NCBI GenBank assembly: GCA_038323475.1
Contig: JBBQHA010000001.1
Location: forward strand, 720 to 64,719
Source: Lysobacterales bacterium
GTDB lineage: Bacteria > Pseudomonadota > Gammaproteobacteria > Xanthomonadales > Xanthomonadaceae
DNA length: 64,000 nt
Reading direction: 5' to 3'
Shown: piece after piece, positions 40,917-50,858 of the stretch
How positions within the stretch are numbered: position 1 is the stretch's first letter
How the letters are laid out: every line of letters starts with the position of its first letter
Notes under the pieces: model-generated
Told to the model about the DNA's origin: nothing
The model's input: only the letters and a program-made list of their open reading frames with translations
Databases searched by the model: none
Made by a program: the position numbers and the translations under genes

Positions 40917-42884
40917 ATGATCGCGCCCCGCACAGTTCCGGCCCGTTTCGACAACCTCGACGCGGCCGTGGAATTCGTGCTCGCGCGGATCGGCAAGCGC
41001 ATCGTGATGGGCGCACCGCTCGGCATCGGCAAGCCGCACCGGTTGTTGAACGCCATCTATGCGCGCGTCGCCGCGGATCCTTCGATGCATCTCGCGATCA
41101 GCACGGCGCTGTCGCTGACGCCGCCGCGCGCGCCGAACGCACTCGCGGCGCGCTTCCTCGACCCGTTCCTCGCGCGCCAGTTCGGCACGGACTTCCCGAG
41201 CCTGGCATGGGTCGATGCGGAAATCCGCGACGCATTGCCGGCCAACATCACGGTCGAAGAGTTCTACATCCAGGCCGGCGTGCTGCTGCACGCGCGTCCG
41301 GCGCAGCGTCGCTACGCCAGCCTCAATTACACCTACGCCGCGCGTGCGATGGCCGACCACGGCATGAACGTGCTGGTGCAGAAGGTCGCGCTGGAACCCG
41401 GCGGCACGCGGCTGTCGCTGAGTTGCAATCCGGACCTGACCTTCGATGCGGTCGAGGCGGTGGTCGCAGCGGGATTGCCGCGCCCGTTGCTGATCGCCGA
41501 AATCGACGCGACGCTGCCATGGCTCGGCGGCACCGCTGCCGTCGATGCGGACTGGTTCGATGCGGTCATCGACCTGCCCGGCCCGACGCCGCAATTGTTT
41601 GCGCTGCCGCGACAATCGGTGTCGGATGCCGATTTCGCGATCGGCCTGCATGCGAGCGCGTTGGTGCGCGATGGCGGCACCCTGCAGATCGGCATCGGTG
41701 CGCTGTCGGATGCGCTGAGCCACGCATTGATCCTGCGCCACACGCGCAATGCGGACTATCGGGCGATCCTGGAAGCGCTCTCGCCAGGCCTTGCCGAAAC
41801 CCGGCTGGTCCGCGACTACGGCGGCGTCGATCCGTTCGCGATCGGCCTGTATGGCGCGAGCGAAATGATCAACGACGGATTCATGCGCCTGATCCAAGCG
41901 GGCATCGTGCGTCGCCGCGTGGTCGACGACATCGAGGTGATGCGCAGGGTCAACGACGGCACCGCGAACGCACTCGACCACGCCCTGCTCGAAAACGAAG
42001 GCCGCTTCGTGCACGGCGCGTTCTACCTCGGCTCCAAGGACCTGTATCGCTGGCTGCGCGAACTGCCCGCCGCAACGATGCGCGGCATCGGCATGACCCG
42101 CATCTCCCACATCAACGAACTCTACGGCGGCTTCGAGGCGATGGAGCGGCTGCAACGGCGCGACGCGCGCTTCTTCAACACCTGCATGCTGATGAACGTG
42201 CTTGGCGCGGCGACGTCCGATGGCGTCGACGATGGACGGGTGGTGTCCGGCGTGGGCGGGCAGTACAACTTCGTTGCGATGGCGTTCGCGTTGCAGCACG
42301 CGCGTTCGGTGCTGATGTTCCGCGCGACGCGCGAGAGCGGCGGCCGCATCGAATCCGACGTGGTGTGGAACTACGCGCACTGCACGATCCCGCGCCATCT
42401 GCGCGACATCGCGATCACCGAATTCGGCATCGCCGATCTGCGCGGCCGCTGCGACGAGGATTGCGTGATCGCGATGGCGGCCATCGCGGAAACGCGTTTC
42501 GTCGACGGCCTGCTCGCGAAGGCGAAGACCGCGCTGAAACTGCGCACGGATTTCGTCGCGCCATCCGCGTGGGCGACCCACACCGCCGAGCATCTTGCCC
42601 GGACGCTGCGCCCGTTCCGTCGCGCCGGACTGCTGCCCGACTATCCGATGGGCAGCGACTTCACGCCGGAAGAGGAACGCCTCGCGAAGGCGCTGGGCTG
42701 GCTTGCATCGAACACCGCGACGCCGATGAAGAAACTGCGCACCGTCGTGTCGGCGGCCATGAGCGGACGCAGCGACGATGCCGAAGCGATGCAACGCATG
42801 CGCCTGGATGCGCCGCGCGGGATCGGCGAATGGATCGAGGCGCGGCTGGTCGGACTGGCATTGGCGACGACGCGCACCGCCTGA
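40917..42884 (+). CDS. acetyl-CoA hydrolase/transferase family protein
   Basis: 655 aa. IVMGAPLGIGKPHRLLNAIY N-domain. C-terminal family motif VVSGVGGQYNFVAMAFAL, then EFGIADLRG. Confidence 0.7.
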   Translation: MIAPRTVPARFDNLDAAVEFVLARIGKRIVMGAPLGIGKPHRLLNAIYARVAADPSMHLAISTALSLTPPRAPNALAARFLDPFLARQFGTDFPSLAWVDAEIRDALPANITVEEFYIQAGVLLHARPAQRRYASLNYTYAARAMADHGMNVLVQKVALEPGGTRLSLSCNPDLTFDAVEAVVAAGLPRPLLIAEIDATLPWLGGTAAVDADWFDAVIDLPGPTPQLFALPRQSVSDADFAIGLHASALVRDGGTLQIGIGALSDALSHALILRHTRNADYRAILEALSPGLAETRLVRDYGGVDPFAIGLYGASEMINDGFMRLIQAGIVRRRVVDDIEVMRRVNDGTANALDHALLENEGRFVHGAFYLGSKDLYRWLRELPAATMRGIGMTRISHINELYGGFEAMERLQRRDARFFNTCMLMNVLGAATSDGVDDGRVVSGVGGQYNFVAMAFALQHARSVLMFRATRESGGRIESDVVWNYAHCTIPRHLRDIAITEFGIADLRGRCDEDCVIAMAAIAETRFVDGLLAKAKTALKLRTDFVAPSAWATHTAEHLARTLRPFRRAGLLPDYPMGSDFTPEEERLAKALGWLASNTATPMKKLRTVVSAAMSGRSDDAEAMQRMRLDAPRGIGEWIEARLVGLALATTRTA

Positions 42885-42894
42885 CCGCTTGCGT

Positions 42895-44127
42895 TCAATC
42901 CACCCGCAACGCCGCGATCGGATCCAGTGCCGCTGCCTGGCGCGCCGGATACACGCCGAAAGCCAATCCAACCGCAGCGCACAGCACGGTCGATAGCAGG
43001 ATCGGCAATGGCGCCCAGGCGACCTGCCAGCCGGCGAACGCAGCGATCAGGTACGCCAGCAGTGCACCGAACACCAGCCCCAGCAACGCGCCCGCTGCGC
43101 AGATGACGGTCGATTCGCGCAGGAACTGGGCGACGATATCGCTGCGGCGCGCACCCAGCGCGCGCAGCAATCCGATCTCGCGGCGACGCTCGAGCACGTT
43201 CGCAAGCATGATGTTCATGATGCCGATGCCGCCGACGAGCAGGCTGACGCCGGCGATCGCACCCATCACCACGCGGAAGATGTTCTGCGTTTTCTGGTGC
43301 TGCTGGAACAACTGCTGCGGCACCAGCAACGAATAGTCCTCGACGCCGGCATGGCGCTGGTCGAGTAGCGCAGACAGCACCTGCGCGCCGTCGGCCATCG
43401 TGGCCGGATCGGCCAGCCGCAGCATCATGCGATCGATTTCGGCATCGAGCGGCTGGAAGCGGAAACGCATGCGCGCGGTCGACAGCGGCATGAACACGCG
43501 GTTGGTTTCCAGGCCCAGTTGCACACCCTCGAACTTGTCTCCGCCAAGGTCGCGATCGGCGAGCACGCCGACCACCTGCAGCCAGACATGATTGATCTTG
43601 ATCGGCTGGCCGACCGCATTGCCCGCGGGAAACAGGCTGCGCGCCGCCTGGTGGCCGAGCACCGCGACCTGCGCGACGTCCGCATCGTCGGCAACAACGA
43701 ATCCGCGCCCCTGCTCGACCTTCAACGAGGACATTGCAAAGAAACCGGGGCTGACGCCGCTGGCAGTGGCATCGCTGGAAGCAAGATCGCTGAAGATCGA
43801 ATCGACGCGGACTTCCTTTTCCGCCGCCCAATCGGTCGCACCCGGCACGACCGAGCGCGCGGCGGTCGCATCGGCGAGGGTGAGGCCGAGGCTGCGGGCG
43901 CGCGCCTCTTTCAGCGACTGGTCGTCCTGTTGCCTGGCTTGCGCGATCAGGTTGTTCAGGCCCAGGCCCTCCACCAGGTGCAGCGCTTCGCGCCGGCTGC
44001 CTTCGCCGACGGCCTGCATCGCCACGATCGCGCCGATGCCGAAAATCAGCCCAAGCAAGGTCAGTCCGGTGCGCAGTTTGCGCCGCGACAATTCCTCGAG
44101 CGCCTCGCGCCAGACCAGCGGGATCAC
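42895..44127 (-). CDS. ABC transporter permease, MacB/FtsX type
   Basis: 410 aa. N-terminal TM (LRTGLTLLGLIFGIGAIVAM), large periplasmic domain. C-terminal FtsX helices with GGIGIMNIMLANVLERRREIGLLRALGARRSDI. Confidence 0.85.
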   Translation of the reverse strand: MIPLVWREALEELSRRKLRTGLTLLGLIFGIGAIVAMQAVGEGSRREALHLVEGLGLNNLIAQARQQDDQSLKEARARSLGLTLADATAARSVVPGATDWAAEKEVRVDSIFSDLASSDATASGVSPGFFAMSSLKVEQGRGFVVADDADVAQVAVLGHQAARSLFPAGNAVGQPIKINHVWLQVVGVLADRDLGGDKFEGVQLGLETNRVFMPLSTARMRFRFQPLDAEIDRMMLRLADPATMADGAQVLSALLDQRHAGVEDYSLLVPQQLFQQHQKTQNIFRVVMGAIAGVSLLVGGIGIMNIMLANVLERRREIGLLRALGARRSDIVAQFLRESTVICAAGALLGLVFGALLAYLIAAFAGWQVAWAPLPILLSTVLCAAVGLAFGVYPARQAAALDPIAALRVD

Positions 44128-45323
44128 GAACCCTCGCCCTTGCCGCGCGCCGGCAGCAGCAGGATGCGCTGGCCGGCGACCAGGCCCTTGGTGACCTCGG
44201 AACGCGCCGTGCCGCGCGCGCCGAGGACGACTTCATGGCGCTCGACGCGGCCGCCATCCGCGACCTGGACATAGGTATGGCCGGATTCGGTGATCAAGGC
44301 GACGTTGGGAACGGTGAAGCCGCTCTTCGCGCGCCGGATGAAGATGCGCGCATGGAATCGCTGGCCGGGCACCCATGCATGGCCAGCCGTATCCGCCGCG
44401 GAGACCGTCGCCTTCATCAGGATGTATTTCACCGGACTCGACTGGCTGCGTACCTGCGCGGAACCGGCGACCCACGAGAGCCTGGTTTCGATCGCCTGCG
44501 CCGGACGGCCGGTCGGATACAGGCTGACCGCGTCGCCCACCTGGGCGCCTTGCACATCGAGTTGCGGCAACGCGAGCTCGACTTCCAGCGCATGCGAATC
44601 GGGCAGGCTCGCGAACGGGCTGCCCGCCCACAGATTCGCCCCGAGCTGCGGTTTGTCGCCGTTCCAGCCCTCGTTGAGCATCAACACGCCGTCGTGCGGC
44701 GCAGTCAGTACGAGGGCGTCGAGATTGCCTCGCAGGTTCTTTGCGCTGAGGTCGAAGGTCGCGCGCTGCGCGTCGAGCACGGCGAGTTCGGCGCCGCTGC
44801 GCTTGCCCGACTGTGCGCGCTTCCATTCCAGCATGTCCTGCTTGGCGCCGAGGTAGTGCTGGTCCTGCACCGCATCGAGCACCTTGCTGCGCGCATACAT
44901 GTCCAGCGGCATGTTTGCGTAGCGGCGGGCGATCCCGAGGTCGGTGGCGACCTGCGCCAGGTCCACGTCCACGCGGCCCTGGGCCGCATCGAGGCCGTCG
45001 TGCTTGGCCGCGTGGGCGAGCGCATTGCGCTGCAGGTCGAGCATCGCCTGTGCAAGCTGCAGCCGGCTGTCGGCCGCGGTGAAGCGCGCGACGACCTGGC
45101 CGGCTTTCACCACGCTGCCATCGGGCAACATCCAGGTCAGTTGGCGCTGCGCCCATTGCGGCCCGGGCACCGGCAGCAGTGTGGCCTTGGTCGACTTGAG
45201 TTCGCCGGTCGCCTCGGCCACCAGTTCGACCGGTTCGACGCGCACGGTCTCCATCGGGCCGGTCCCGGCGGAGTGGCTGCACGCGGCGAGCAGCAGCAAC
45301 AGTGCAAGGGGTGGCTGTCTCAT
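44124..45323 (-). CDS. periplasmic adaptor (HlyD/MFP family) lipoprotein, copy 3
   Basis: Lipobox LLLLLAAC, lipoyl-like VKAGQVVARF, coiled-coil region, APHDGVLM beta-barrel segment. ATGA overlaps at both ends. Confidence 0.75.
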   Translation of the reverse strand: MRQPPLALLLLLAACSHSAGTGPMETVRVEPVELVAEATGELKSTKATLLPVPGPQWAQRQLTWMLPDGSVVKAGQVVARFTAADSRLQLAQAMLDLQRNALAHAAKHDGLDAAQGRVDVDLAQVATDLGIARRYANMPLDMYARSKVLDAVQDQHYLGAKQDMLEWKRAQSGKRSGAELAVLDAQRATFDLSAKNLRGNLDALVLTAPHDGVLMLNEGWNGDKPQLGANLWAGSPFASLPDSHALEVELALPQLDVQGAQVGDAVSLYPTGRPAQAIETRLSWVAGSAQVRSQSSPVKYILMKATVSAADTAGHAWVPGQRFHARIFIRRAKSGFTVPNVALITESGHTYVQVADGGRVERHEVVLGARGTARSEVTKGLVAGQRILLLPARGKGEGS

Positions 45324-46279
45324 GGCGCCCTCGCGTCCGTCGCCGTGATCTCGACCCGCACCGGCTGTCCCGGGCGCAGTCGTGCCGTGCCGGCTTCGAG
45401 CGCGATCAGGACTTCGACCACTGGAATCGGCTGCACGCGCGATTTGCTGCGCACTGCGTGTCCGATCTCGACGACGCTGCCACGCAAGGTCGAGCCCAGG
45501 CCGCCTTCAACCCGGATGCGGACGGCGGCCCCCGGCGCGATGCGCATGAGGTCGCGCTCGGGCAGGTCTGCGCGTACGGCAAGCGTACCCATGTCCGGAA
45601 TCTGCGCGATCGACTGGCCTCGCCATGCCTGCGAGCCGACGTCGAACTTCTGGCCATCCCAGTTGGAGTTGTGCAGCATCACGCCGGCCCGCGGAGCGCG
45701 CACGCTGAGCGCTGCGATCGAGCCCTGCAACGACCCGACCTCGGCCTGCAACTGGCCGGCTTCTGCCTCGACCAAGCGCCGCTCCTGCAGGCGTTGCTCG
45801 GCGGCGAGTTGCTCGCGGTCCTGCACCAGCGCCATGCGACGCTGGGCCTGGCGAAGCCCGATCAGCAGTTTTCTGTACTCGATCCCGGCCACCAGTCCCT
45901 TGGGCTGGCTGGCCTTGCGCTGCGCCTTGTCCAGGTTGGCCCGCGCTTCGTCGGTCGCCAGATGCTCGGTGCGCGCGCGCGCGTCGAGCTCGATGAGCAG
46001 TTGCGTGCGCTGGCTCTGCTTTTCCTTGAGCAGGCTCTGCTTTTCGGTCAGCTTGGTCGCCAGCTGGCCGCCATCGAAACTGGCCACGACCTCGCCCTTC
46101 GCCACTGCCGCGCCGTCGGCGGAGAGCTGGGTGATGTTCATCATCCAGAGATCGTCGATCGCCGGCGGCGTGATCGCCGCGCTTTGCCGGGCGATGATTT
46201 CACCTTCGGCGCGCACGCTGTCCACCCGCGCATCGGCACTCGCCGACAACAGCAACAGGATCGACAGGACCGCCTTCAT
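45320..46279 (-). CDS. periplasmic adaptor (HlyD/MFP family), copy 2
   Basis: Start at MKAVLSILLLLSASADA (ATG 46277-46279). VAKGEVVASFD lipoyl-like motif, long coiled coil, RAPRAGVMLH, PGQPVRVEI. Confidence 0.75.
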   Translation of the reverse strand: MKAVLSILLLLSASADARVDSVRAEGEIIARQSAAITPPAIDDLWMMNITQLSADGAAVAKGEVVASFDGGQLATKLTEKQSLLKEKQSQRTQLLIELDARARTEHLATDEARANLDKAQRKASQPKGLVAGIEYRKLLIGLRQAQRRMALVQDREQLAAEQRLQERRLVEAEAGQLQAEVGSLQGSIAALSVRAPRAGVMLHNSNWDGQKFDVGSQAWRGQSIAQIPDMGTLAVRADLPERDLMRIAPGAAVRIRVEGGLGSTLRGSVVEIGHAVRSKSRVQPIPVVEVLIALEAGTARLRPGQPVRVEITATDARAP

Positions 46280-47271
46280 GGCGCAGCCACCCTGGCTGGC
46301 GCACTCGCATTTGCCGGCACTGTCACGCGGACGCTCATGCCCGGGCGCAGCGGCAGCTGCGATTGCGCGGGCAGCGCGATATCGATCCGGAAATAACGTC
46401 CGTCGCCCCATTCGCCTTTCGCTTCCGGAGCACCGGAGATCATGGTGATGCGGCCTTGCACGCGGCGGCCCGGCAAGGCATCGAACACCAGCTCTACAAC
46501 CTGCCCGGGCGCCAGGCCGACCCGATCAGGCTCCAGCGCGTAGGCGCGCACCGCCATCGTTCCGCCGCCCACCACTTCGCCGATCTTCTGTCCTGGATAG
46601 CTCGACGAACCTTCGTCGTAGCGACCACCGGTTTCGTTCGTGCTGTTGAACCCGTGAATCAGGATGCCGGCGCGATCGGCGCGCACTTCCGCAAGCTGCA
46701 CCTGGGCCTGGTTGAAATCGCGCTCTGCAAGGAGCTTGCCGGCTTCGAGCCGGCCATCGGCGATCCGTCGATCGACTGCGGCGCGCGCCGCCGCGAGTTC
46801 GCGGGTCTTCAATGCCAGTTCGCGTTCGGCGCGATCGCGCTCCCCACGATGGCGGTCGAAGTCGATGCCCGGGATCAGTTCGTGCGGGATCGCCGCATCC
46901 ACGCGCGCGGTTTCCAACGCAGCGTCGGCATCGACCTGCGCGAGTTCCGCGTCCACTGCCTTGACCCTCAGTTCGGCAACTTCCTTGGCCGTCCTGGCCC
47001 TGGCCTGCTCCATCTGCGCATCCAGCTGCCGCACCTGCGTCGCGGCCTGGCCCGGATCGATCCGCACCAGCACGTCGCCGGGCTTCACGCGGGCACCTTC
47101 CGCCACGAAATAGCGCAGCACCACTGGCGAGGAGTTGGATGGCGGCGTGTTGATCTGCTGCGCATCGACGGCCCGCACCTCGCCGGTCAGCATTGGCGCT
47201 GCGCCGACGGCGGCCGCGGCCAGCAGGCACGCAACGGCCACCGCAATGCTGCGTTCAAGCTGCCGAATCAT
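46276..47271 (-). CDS. periplasmic adaptor (HlyD/MFP family), copy 1
   Basis: Start at MIRQLERSIAVAVACLLAAAAVGA (ATG 47269-47271). VKPGDVLVRID, coiled coil, RADRAGILIH, RPGMSVRVTV. Confidence 0.75.
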   Translation of the reverse strand: MIRQLERSIAVAVACLLAAAAVGAAPMLTGEVRAVDAQQINTPPSNSSPVVLRYFVAEGARVKPGDVLVRIDPGQAATQVRQLDAQMEQARARTAKEVAELRVKAVDAELAQVDADAALETARVDAAIPHELIPGIDFDRHRGERDRAERELALKTRELAAARAAVDRRIADGRLEAGKLLAERDFNQAQVQLAEVRADRAGILIHGFNSTNETGGRYDEGSSSYPGQKIGEVVGGGTMAVRAYALEPDRVGLAPGQVVELVFDALPGRRVQGRITMISGAPEAKGEWGDGRYFRIDIALPAQSQLPLRPGMSVRVTVPANASAPARVAAP

Positions 47272-47929
47272 GTTCCACCTTGCCGTCGTGCAGACGGATG
47301 CGCCGCTGCGCGCGCGCCGCGACATCGGCGTCGTGGGTGACCAGCACCACCGTCTGGCCGCTGGCGTGGACTTCCTCGAACAACTGCAGGACATCGTCTG
47401 CGCTCTTCGAGTCGAGGTTGCCGGTGGGCTCGTCGGCAAGCAGCAAGGCGGGCTGCATCAGCAGGGCGCGCGCGATCGCCGCGCGCTGCATCTGGCCGCC
47501 GGACAATTCGTTCGGACGATGGCTTTGGCGATCGGACAAGCCCACGCGCGCAAGCAGCGAGGCCGCATGCACCGATGCCTTCGGGTCGGGCGTGCGCGAA
47601 AAGCGCAGCGGCAACAGCACGTTTTCCAGCACGGTCAGGCGCGGCAGCAGGTGGAAGGACTGGAACACGAAACCGATCCGGCGGTTGCGGATGTCGCTGG
47701 TCGCCTCGTCGTCGAGCTGCGAAACATCCCGGCCTTCGAGCCGGTAGCGACCTGCATCCGGACGATCCAGGCAACCGAGCAAGTTGAGCAGGCTGGACTT
47801 GCCCGAACCCGACGGCCCGGTGATCGCGACGAATTCCCCACGCCGTATCGTCAGGTCGATGCCGTCCAGCGCATGCACGGTTTGCCCGCTCATCGCATAG
47901 CGCCGATGGACTGCTTCGATCTCGATCAT
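47255..47929 (-). CDS. ABC transporter ATP-binding protein (MacB/LolD-type)
   Basis: 224 aa. Walker A GPSGSGKSS, Q-loop FVFQSF, signature LSGGQMQR, Walker B LLLADEPTGNLD, H-loop VLVTHD. Confidence 0.9.
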   Translation of the reverse strand: MIEIEAVHRRYAMSGQTVHALDGIDLTIRRGEFVAITGPSGSGKSSLLNLLGCLDRPDAGRYRLEGRDVSQLDDEATSDIRNRRIGFVFQSFHLLPRLTVLENVLLPLRFSRTPDPKASVHAASLLARVGLSDRQSHRPNELSGGQMQRAAIARALLMQPALLLADEPTGNLDSKSADDVLQLFEEVHASGQTVVLVTHDADVAARAQRRIRLHDGKVEHDSAA

Positions 47930-48198
47930 CTACGGCGTGTCCTCGGCTGCACCTTCAGGAAACCCGGAACCGGAATTGGCGACCTCATCGAGGACAACCG
48001 CGCGAAACCCTGAAGGAAGCGCATCGTAATCCGTCGCGCGGCATCCGTGAATGGATCGAGGCGTGATTGATGGGACTGGCGCTTGCGCGAACGTCAGAGT
48101 AGCCGGATCGCGAGCGCATCGTGCCGATCAAGCCGGATCATCCGAATCGCACCCCGGGCGACGCATCCGGGCGCCGGCCAGGCGACACGACGATGCAA

Positions 48199-48636
48199 TC
48201 AATGCGTCCGCTGGTAGTGCACCAGCAGGATCTGCGAGCCCGCCGGCGAGGTCAGGTCGCGCGGCCTGATGCCCGGGCCAAGTTGATAGACGATGTCGAG
48301 TTGATCGCCATTGATCCGGTAGCGCGCCGGGATGATCTTGCCTGCGTTGGATCCACGTTCTCCGTGGATGTCCATCCGCGCCGGAGGATCGGCGTCGACC
48401 ACCACGTAGGTTCCCTGGTCGCCGGCGAATTCGTAGTCGCTCTGGGTCAGATGGAGCGAAGCGCCGCCGAAGTTCGAGACCGGAAAATCCTTGCCGCCCA
48501 TCTCGGCGCTCACCGGTGTCCACTGACCGGCAAGGGCGGCGCCCGGCGGAACGTCGGGTTCGACCGACGCTTCCCTGGCGAAGCAGCACGACATGGCGAA
48601 AGACAACAACAGTCCACACAGGACGCGACGATTCAT
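48199..48636 (-). CDS. secreted hypothetical protein
   Basis: 145 aa. Signal peptide MNRRVLCGLLLSFAMSCCFA. The remainder (GQWTPVSAEMGGKDFP...ARYRINGDQLDIVYQ) resembles small lipocalin-like periplasmic domains; the family is not certain. Confidence 0.5.
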   Translation of the reverse strand: MNRRVLCGLLLSFAMSCCFAREASVEPDVPPGAALAGQWTPVSAEMGGKDFPVSNFGGASLHLTQSDYEFAGDQGTYVVVDADPPARMDIHGERGSNAGKIIPARYRINGDQLDIVYQLGPGIRPRDLTSPAGSQILLVHYQRTH

Positions 48637-48742
48637 GGTTCCCCTCCCAGTGCTGGAGCGCAGGTATCCGGCGCATGGCGCCCCATGGCACGCGGCGGCA
48701 TGCGCACGAGGATACCGCAGCCGCGTGGCAGGCTCTACGGAT

Positions 48743-50758
48743 TCAAAGCGACTTGACGGTATCGACCACGCGCTCGGGCGTGAACCCGAAATACGGGAAC
48801 AGCGCTTCCGCCGGCGCCGATGCGCCGAACGTGTCGATGCCGATCACCGCGCCGTCGAGGCCGACGTACTTGCGCCAGAAATCGGTAACGCCCGCCTCGA
48901 TCGCGACGCGCTTGCGGCACCACGACGGCAGCACGCCTTCGCGCCATTCGACCGGCTGGCTGTCGAACGTTCCCGTCGACGGCATCGACACCACGCGCGC
49001 CTTGACGCCATCGGTCGCGAGCCGGCGCGCTGCTTCCATCGCCAGTTCGACTTCCGAGCCGGTCGCGATCAGGATCACGTCGAAACGCGCCTCGGGCGGA
49101 TCGCTGAGCACGTAGCCGCCGCGCGCGATGTCGGCGACCTGCTCCGCGCTGCGCTGCTGGTGCTGCAGGTTCTGTCGCGAGAACACCAGGCAGGTCGGGC
49201 GATCGCGGCGGGTGATCGCGACTTTCCAAGACACCGCCGATTCGACCGCATCGCAGGGACGCCATACGTCGTTGCCCGGGATGAGGCGCAGCGATGCGAG
49301 GTGCTCGATCGGCTGGTGGGTCGGGCCGTCTTCGCCGAGGCCGATCGAATCGTGCGTGTAGACGTGGATCACGTGCGCCGGGATCAGCGCGCTCATGCGC
49401 ACCGCGTTGCGCATGTAGTCGGAGAACACCAGGAAGGTCGCGTCGAACGGCAGGAAACCGCCGTGCAATGCGAGGCCATTGCCGATCGCACCCATGCCGA
49501 ATTCGCGCACGCCGTAGTGGACGTAGTTCGCGTTGCGCGCGTCGTCGGATCCGGGATCGACTGTGACGCTGCGGCTCGCCTTCCACAAGGTGAGGTTGGA
49601 ATGGGCGAGGTCAGCCGAGCCGCCGATGATTTCGGGCAGCAGCGGAGCGAAGGCTTCGATCGCCATCTGCGATGCCTTGCGCGAGGCGATCGTCAGGCCG
49701 TCCGCCTGCAGCTTCGCGATGAATGCATCGGCATTTTCGGCGAAATCCGCGGGCAGTTCCGCATGCGAACGACGGGTGAGTTCGTCCGCGAGTTCCGGAA
49801 ACTGCTGCGCATACGCATCGAAGCGCTTGTTCCACAATTCCTCGCGCACGATGCCGGTGTTGCCGGCGCGCCAGCCGTCGTAGATCTCCGCGGGGATCTC
49901 GAACGGCGCGTACGGCCAGTTCAATGCCGCGCGCGTCGCGGCGACTTCGTCCTTGCCCAGCGGCGCACCGTGCGCGGATTCCTTGCCCTGCTTGTTCGGC
50001 GATCCGAAACCGATCGTGGTGCGGCAGCAGATCAGGGTCGGCCTGTCGTGTTCGGCGAGCGCCGTTTCGATCGCGGTCTTGATGTCGTCCGGATCGTGGC
50101 CATCGACGCCGCGGATCACCTGCCAGCCGTAGGCCTCGAAGCGCGTGGCGGTGTCGTCGGTGAACCAGCCCGCAGTGTCACCGTCGATCGAGATGTGGTT
50201 GTCGTCCCAGAACGCGACGAGTTTGCCGAGCTTCCACGTGCCGGCAAGCGATGCGGCTTCGTGCGACACGCCTTCCATCATGCAGCCGTCGCCCATGAAC
50301 ACCCAAGTGCGGTGGTCGACGATTTCATGCTCGGGGCGATTGAAGCGCTGCGCGAGCAGTTTCTCGGCGAGCGCGAAGCCGACCGCATTCGCAAGTCCCT
50401 GCCCCAGCGGACCGGTCGTTGTTTCCACTCCCGGCGTGTCCTTGCGCTCGGGATGCCCTGGCGTTTCCGAATGCAGCTGGCGGAACAGCTTGATCTGTTC
50501 GATCGGCAGGTCGTAGCCGGACAGGTGCAGCAATGCGTACTGCAGCATCGAGCCGTGCCCGTTCGAGAGCACGAAGCGGTCGCGGTCGAACCATTTCGGG
50601 TTCTTCGGCGCGTGCTTCATGAAATCGTTCCACAACACCTCGGCGATGTCGGCCATGCCCATCGGCATGCCGGGATGACCGGAATTCGCCGCCTGAACGG
50701 CGTCGACGGCGAGGAAGCGGATGGCGTTTGCGAGCTCGCGGCGGGTGGGCTTGGACAT
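48743..50758 (-). CDS. tktA: transketolase
   Basis: Start trimmed to [36 protein letters not shown] (ATG 50756-50758). Also [30 protein letters not shown]. Confidence 0.95.
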   Translation of the reverse strand: MSKPTRRELANAIRFLAVDAVQAANSGHPGMPMGMADIAEVLWNDFMKHAPKNPKWFDRDRFVLSNGHGSMLQYALLHLSGYDLPIEQIKLFRQLHSETPGHPERKDTPGVETTTGPLGQGLANAVGFALAEKLLAQRFNRPEHEIVDHRTWVFMGDGCMMEGVSHEAASLAGTWKLGKLVAFWDDNHISIDGDTAGWFTDDTATRFEAYGWQVIRGVDGHDPDDIKTAIETALAEHDRPTLICCRTTIGFGSPNKQGKESAHGAPLGKDEVAATRAALNWPYAPFEIPAEIYDGWRAGNTGIVREELWNKRFDAYAQQFPELADELTRRSHAELPADFAENADAFIAKLQADGLTIASRKASQMAIEAFAPLLPEIIGGSADLAHSNLTLWKASRSVTVDPGSDDARNANYVHYGVREFGMGAIGNGLALHGGFLPFDATFLVFSDYMRNAVRMSALIPAHVIHVYTHDSIGLGEDGPTHQPIEHLASLRLIPGNDVWRPCDAVESAVSWKVAITRRDRPTCLVFSRQNLQHQQRSAEQVADIARGGYVLSDPPEARFDVILIATGSEVELAMEAARRLATDGVKARVVSMPSTGTFDSQPVEWREGVLPSWCRKRVAIEAGVTDFWRKYVGLDGAVIGIDTFGASAPAEALFPYFGFTPERVVDTVKSL

Positions 50759-50858
50759 GGCGGCGGCGGGCCTGGGAAGTGGTGGGGTTGGAACAGGGGA
50801 CGCGCATTGTCCCACCCGTCGGCCGGGCTGTCGCCGTTGCATGCTGGCCGGTGCGGTG

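Noticed and set aside
40890-46448. ORFs 40890..42971 (-, 693 aa), 40901..43336 (+, 811 aa), 42641..44272 (-), 44233..45282 (-), 44235..46448 (+, 737 aa) and 45302..46396 (+).
   Set aside because: Shadows of the acetyl-CoA hydrolase/transferase, FtsX permease and adaptor genes.
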